A stretch of 11,452 nt of DNA from Candidatus Eiseniibacteriota bacterium (GTDB lineage Bacteria > Eisenbacteria > RBG-16-71-46 > SZUA-252). Both the position numbers and the translations under genes were made by a program. The notes under the pieces are model-generated. The model was not told where the DNA came from and ran no database searches. It saw only the letters and a list, made by a program, of their open reading frames with translations. The stretch is from positions 1 through 11,452 of the forward strand of contig JANMQV010000156.1 of NCBI GenBank assembly GCA_031370645.1. Direction: 5' to 3'. Positions 7,384-11,452 of this stretch are shown here, piece after piece (the stretch's first letter is position 1; every line of letters starts with the position of its first letter).

Positions 7384-7391
7384 TAAGGAGG
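7384..7391 (+). promoter_or_regulatory. Shine-Dalgarno site
   Basis: TAAGGAGG followed by 9 nt, then ATG 7401. Confidence 0.8.
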
Positions 7392-7400
7392 GCCGACAGG

Positions 7401-10361
7401 ATGCGATCTGTGAAGTGGGTGGGAGTGGCGGTGCTCGCGGTCGCGCTGGCCGTTCCCGAGGCATGGGCGGCTCCGCGAGGCGGCACCGTCGCGCGGACGC
7501 GGACACCGCACCGGGCCGGGGCGACGATCGACAACTCCGGACGGATGAACGTCAACAATCTCGACCTGGTCGTGACGAACCACGGTTCGATCGCGTACGA
7601 CCTGATTACCGGCAACGCGGGGCTCATCTACCCGAAGGGCGGCACCCGGACCGCGGTTTTCGCCGCGGGCCTCTGGGTCGGCGCCCGAGTGGCGGGCGAA
7701 ACGCGAATGGCGATCGGAGAGTACTCGCAGGAGTACACCCCCGGCCCGATGGCCGGTGGGACCTTCCAGTCGGACGTCCCCGCGTTCAAGAACTACCGGA
7801 TCGAACGGGGCGGCGTCGGATACGCCGACTACCTCGCGAATGCCGTGGCGCAAGGCGCGCCGGTCGACGGAGTAGGCGATCCCCTCCTCCTCGGCGACGC
7901 GACGATTTGGAGCGTCTTCAACGACGCCGATCCCGGCACCCACACAAACGACGCTGGCAGCACGGCGCCGCTCGGGCTCGAGGTGCAGCAGACGGTCTTC
8001 GCGTTCAATCGCGCGGGGGCGCTCGGGAACATCATCTTCGTGAAGTGGAAGTTCATCAATAAGGGCGGGAACACGCTCGACAGCACTTACGTTTCGGTCT
8101 GGAGCGATCCCGATCTCGGCGGCTTCACCGACGACCTCGTCGGTTGCGACACGACGCTGAGCCTCGGCTACTGCTACAACGCCACGAACTCCGACGGACA
8201 GTACGGTTCCCGGCCCCCGGCGGTCGGCTACGACTTCTTCCAGGGTCCCAAGGTTCCGGACGGACTGGGCGGCTTCGTGCGCCTGCCGATGACGTCGTTC
8301 AACAAGTACATCAACGGAACCGATCCCGCCGCCGCGGAAGAGACCTACAACTACCAGCAGGGTCTCCACGCCGACGGATCGCCGATCTACACGAACGATG
8401 ACCCGCTCCAGCCGATTACCACTTTCCAGGTGTCGGGAGACCCGGTGACCAGCACCGGATGGCTCGACTCGAATCCGGCGGATCGACGCCTCTTCCTCTC
8501 GGCGGGACCCTTCACGATGGCTCCGGGGGACACGCAGGAAGTCGTGACCGCCATCATCATCGGCCAGGGCTCCGACCGGCTCTCCTCGGTCTCCGACATG
8601 AAGGCCAAGGATGGCGTGGCGCAAACCGTGTTCGACCTGAATTTCGACATCCCGGCGCCGCCGCCCTCGCCGACGGTCTACGCGCAGCCGCTGGACAACG
8701 GAGTAAGACTTGTCTGGAGCTCCGAGGCGGTCGGAGACGTCCAGCCGAATCCGGCCCTCGGCCAGGAGTTCCATTTCGAAGGATTCCGCGTTTGGCAGAT
8801 GTCGTCAAATAGCTCGGACGCCGACCCCACGGTCATCGCCACCTACGACGAGGTAAACGGCGTCACAAATATTTTCAGCGACGAATTCAACTCCACCAGC
8901 GGCGTGGTGGAACGCCGGCTGAAGGTCGGGGGGACCGACAGCGGACTCTCCTTCCAGCTCGACATCACGAACGATGCGATCGTGGGCGGGCGGCTGATCA
9001 ATAACCGCGATTACTACTATGCGGTGACCGCCTACTCCTACGACGTCTTCAACGCGCCGCCCTACATCGTCGGAGGCAACGAGATCGGAATCGTTTCGGA
9101 AGTCTTGGAGAGCGCGAGAAACATCATCACCGTCGCGCCCCACTCGAGTAGCGCCGTGTTCGGCGTCACGACCACCGCCGCTTCCTCGGGTCCGCTCAAC
9201 ACGACGGGGCTTGTGGATGTCGATCAGCTGATCCAGAACGACATAACGGGGAACGACTATCTGGTTACGCTCAACGACTTGGAGCAGTGGACGCTCCAGA
9301 ACACGACGACCAGCACCACCCTCCTCACGGGGCAGACCAACGTGAGCGGCGACTACGACAACCCGGTCGTCGAGGGAGTCATGGTGCGGGTTACAGCGCC
9401 GCGGCAGGTCTCGACGTTCGGCGAAGCGACCTCCCCGACGACGCAGAGCGACATGACGACGGGGCAGACCGACGCGAGCGGATCGTGGCACTTCCTCACG
9501 CAGGGGCTTGGCGCCTACACGTTCCATTCCACCACGAACCATGACTTCGAGATCCGCATTCTCCCCGACACGACCGAATTCGCCTGGGGCTACGCGAGCG
9601 GGGAAGTCTCTTTCGTGAATTCGTTCAAAGTGCCGTACGAGATTTGGGACCTCGGTTTCAATTCGCTCGCCAATCCACTCGATGACGTGAAGATGACCGT
9701 CATGATTCGCGATCGCGACGGTTCGGGGGCGATCAGTTGGGACGATGCCATCTACATCCGGGAGATTCCCTACGCCTCGGTCGATTGGGATACGACGGCC
9801 GGCGCCCCGAACCCCTCGACGAAGTCGATCGATTACGTCGCCGGCGGGTCAGACCAGCTCTGGGGCCGCTGGCGGCCGCGGAACGACACGTACGCAAGCG
9901 GCATCGAATGGCCCGCGCCGACGACGATCCGAATCATCTCGGAGCGCTTCACGAGCGCCGATTCCTACACGTTCACGACCTCCAAGGTCGGGAGCGGGCC
10001 CGGAACGGTGGTGGGTCGCGACGTGAAGAAGATCCTCGCCGTGCCGAATCCCTACTACGCCTCTTCGAAATACGAACTGACGCAGTTCGACCGCACGCTC
10101 AAGTTCACGAATATTCCCGCGGCGAAGAGCGTGACGATCCGGATCTTCAGTCTCGGCGGCGACCTCGTGCGTACGATTCGCCGCGATGCGACCACGGCCG
10201 ACGAACAAGCGACGGCCACGATCAACTGGGACCTCAACACCGAACGTAGCCTGCCGGTCGCGAGCGGCATCTACATCTACCGCGTAGATGTGGAAGGAGT
10301 CGGCACCAAGACCGACCGCATCGCGGTCTTCGTCGAGCAGGAACGGCTCGACAACTTCTAG
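7401..10361 (+). CDS. Large secreted/surface protein with an FN3-like domain and a C-terminal T9SS type A/FlgD-Ig-like sorting domain; function unknown (986 aa)
   Basis: Signal peptide ...ALAVPEAWA|. Beta-rich acidic N-region (YPKGGTRTAVFAAGLWVGA, WSDPDLGGFTDDLVGCD, DRRLFLSAGPFTMAPGDTQEV). PAPPPSP linker, then FN3-like VRLVWS...FEGFRVW...YYYAVTAY. CTD from about 10032: ILAVPNPYY...FTNIP...TIRIFSLGGDLVRTI...INWDL......VASGIYIYRV. Confidence 0.85.
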   Translation: MRSVKWVGVAVLAVALAVPEAWAAPRGGTVARTRTPHRAGATIDNSGRMNVNNLDLVVTNHGSIAYDLITGNAGLIYPKGGTRTAVFAAGLWVGARVAGETRMAIGEYSQEYTPGPMAGGTFQSDVPAFKNYRIERGGVGYADYLANAVAQGAPVDGVGDPLLLGDATIWSVFNDADPGTHTNDAGSTAPLGLEVQQTVFAFNRAGALGNIIFVKWKFINKGGNTLDSTYVSVWSDPDLGGFTDDLVGCDTTLSLGYCYNATNSDGQYGSRPPAVGYDFFQGPKVPDGLGGFVRLPMTSFNKYINGTDPAAAEETYNYQQGLHADGSPIYTNDDPLQPITTFQVSGDPVTSTGWLDSNPADRRLFLSAGPFTMAPGDTQEVVTAIIIGQGSDRLSSVSDMKAKDGVAQTVFDLNFDIPAPPPSPTVYAQPLDNGVRLVWSSEAVGDVQPNPALGQEFHFEGFRVWQMSSNSSDADPTVIATYDEVNGVTNIFSDEFNSTSGVVERRLKVGGTDSGLSFQLDITNDAIVGGRLINNRDYYYAVTAYSYDVFNAPPYIVGGNEIGIVSEVLESARNIITVAPHSSSAVFGVTTTAASSGPLNTTGLVDVDQLIQNDITGNDYLVTLNDLEQWTLQNTTTSTTLLTGQTNVSGDYDNPVVEGVMVRVTAPRQVSTFGEATSPTTQSDMTTGQTDASGSWHFLTQGLGAYTFHSTTNHDFEIRILPDTTEFAWGYASGEVSFVNSFKVPYEIWDLGFNSLANPLDDVKMTVMIRDRDGSGAISWDDAIYIREIPYASVDWDTTAGAPNPSTKSIDYVAGGSDQLWGRWRPRNDTYASGIEWPAPTTIRIISERFTSADSYTFTTSKVGSGPGTVVGRDVKKILAVPNPYYASSKYELTQFDRTLKFTNIPAAKSVTIRIFSLGGDLVRTIRRDATTADEQATATINWDLNTERSLPVASGIYIYRVDVEGVGTKTDRIAVFVEQERLDNF

Positions 10362-10422
10362 GAAGGAGGCCGTCATGCGAAACGATGAATGGAATCCTTC
10401 CAACGGACGGAGGGGCAGCGTG

Positions 10423-11452
10423 ATGAAGTCGTGGGTGACGAAGGTCCTCTTGCCGGCCGCGCTTCTGGGCGTCGCCGCCGCGGCGTCGGCGGGCGGGCTC
10501 GATCGCGTCGGAACTTCGGGAGCACAGGAGCTTCGCATCCCGGTCGGAGCGTCGTCGATCGCCACGGGCGGATCGACGGTCGCGCTGGGCGGCGGGCTCG
10601 GTAATCTCTTCTACAATCCGGCCTCGCTCGCCTCGACGGACGAGTCGCAGGCCATCGTGTCGTACAGCACTTATCTCGGGGACGCCAGGGTGAATTATGG
10701 CGCGGTGGCCACGCACCTCGGGTCGCAGGGAGAATTCGCGTTCCACGCGAAGGTGCTGAGCATCGGAGATATCACCGTGACGACGGAGGACGCGCCGGAG
10801 GGGACCGGGGAGATCCTGAGTCCCAATTTCTCGGTGGTCGGGCTGAGCTACGCCCGCCGGATGACGGACCGCGTACTCCTTGGATTCACGACGTCGTTCG
10901 TGAACGAAAGAGTGGCCGACGCGTCGGCGTCAGGGTTCGCCGTCGATCTGGGCGTCCAGTACGACACCGGATGGCGCGGGCTCCGCTTCGGATTCGCCAT
11001 GAAGAACATCGGGCCGAGCATGCGATTCGACGGGCCCAATTTCGAGGAACGTGTCATCGTGCCGGGGAGCGATCCGTCGGCGCAGCCGCACGTCGTGCGT
11101 CTCCAGACGGCCGAGTTCGAGATTCCGACCTATCTCATGATCGGAATGGCGTACGACCTCCCGATGGGCGAAAGCCGCCACGTGGGGCTCTACGGCACCT
11201 TCCAGTCGAACAACTTCTCGACCGACGAGTACCACATCGGCGCCGACTTTCCGGTAGGCGAATGGCTGAACCTGCGCGGGGGCTTCCAGGGCCAGGTGCC
11301 GCTTAGCAAGGAAGACCGGCAGCAGGATTACATCTACTCCTACACCTACGGCGCCGGGGTCAATTTCAAGCTGGGCGACCGACCGCTCCACTTCGATTGG
11401 GCCGGGAGCCACGCGGGCGAGTTCTTCGACGACAATCAGCAGTTCTCGCTCG
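10423..11452 (+). CDS. PorV/PorQ family outer-membrane beta-barrel (T9SS shuttle-like); 3'-truncated; alternative in-frame starts at 10375 and 10420
   Basis: Absent from the ORF track because there is no stop in the window. Translated by hand: MKSWVTKVLLPAALLGVAAAASA|GGLDRVGTSGAQELRIPVGASSIATGG...LFYNPASLA...GDITVTTEDAPEGTGE...GLSYARRMTDRVLLG...SGFAVDLGVQY...LRFGFAMKNIGP...LNLRGG...YGAGVNF...FFDDNQQFSL. The GT.GAQ.L.IPVGA, YNPA.L, A.DLG..Y and NIG motifs are typical of PorV/PorQ-family proteins. SDs at 10363-10369 and 10409-10413. Confidence 0.88.
   Translation, partial: MKSWVTKVLLPAALLGVAAAASAGGLDRVGTSGAQELRIPVGASSIATGGSTVALGGGLGNLFYNPASLASTDESQAIVSYSTYLGDARVNYGAVATHLGSQGEFAFHAKVLSIGDITVTTEDAPEGTGEILSPNFSVVGLSYARRMTDRVLLGFTTSFVNERVADASASGFAVDLGVQYDTGWRGLRFGFAMKNIGPSMRFDGPNFEERVIVPGSDPSAQPHVVRLQTAEFEIPTYLMIGMAYDLPMGESRHVGLYGTFQSNNFSTDEYHIGADFPVGEWLNLRGGFQGQVPLSKEDRQQDYIYSYTYGAGVNFKLGDRPLHFDWAGSHAGEFFDDNQQFSL

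Noticed and set aside
822-8774. Long minus-strand ORFs (822-2378, 2714-4048, 4444-6309, 6313-7506, 7383-8774)
   Set aside because: They mirror the real genes, as expected from strong GC3 codon bias. They are Arg/Val-rich with no recognisable motifs.
10389-11412. Short track ORFs at the window end (10389-10604, 10971-11306, 10930-11412, 10848-11057)
   Set aside because: They are out-of-frame or antisense shadows of the PorV-like gene, which reads open to the window end.
1-11452. CRISPR array, tRNA/rRNA, IS or phage elements, and a SusC/SusD polysaccharide utilisation locus call
   Set aside because: No spaced direct repeats, cloverleaf, transposase or integrase motifs were seen. No SusD lipoprotein or recognisable CAZyme is present.

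Overview
High-GC bacterial window with six co-oriented (+ strand) genes for exported or outer-membrane proteins. In order: (1) the 3' part of an LVIVD-repeat protein with a FlgD-Ig/T9SS type A-like C-terminal domain; (2) a GWxTD-domain protein; (3) a separately promoted, strongly codon-biased FadL/OmpP1/PorV-like beta-barrel, preceded by a Rex/CRP-type palindrome and a long structured leader; then an apparent operon of (4) a TonB-dependent receptor with Ca-binding-like loop repeats, (5) a 986-aa secreted protein with a variant T9SS-type CTD and (6) a PorV/PorQ-family barrel cut by the window end and missing from the ORF track. The gene content suggests a non-Bacteroidota FCB-group organism such as Eisenbacteria, Latescibacteria or Krumholzibacteria (inference only). 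The best candidate for an undescribed system is the SusD-less TBDR + T9SS cargo + dedicated PorV module. Also notable are two near-identical promoters and a candidate switchable leader RNA. I saw no tRNA, rRNA, CRISPR array or mobile element. All family assignments come from motif recognition by eye, not database searches.
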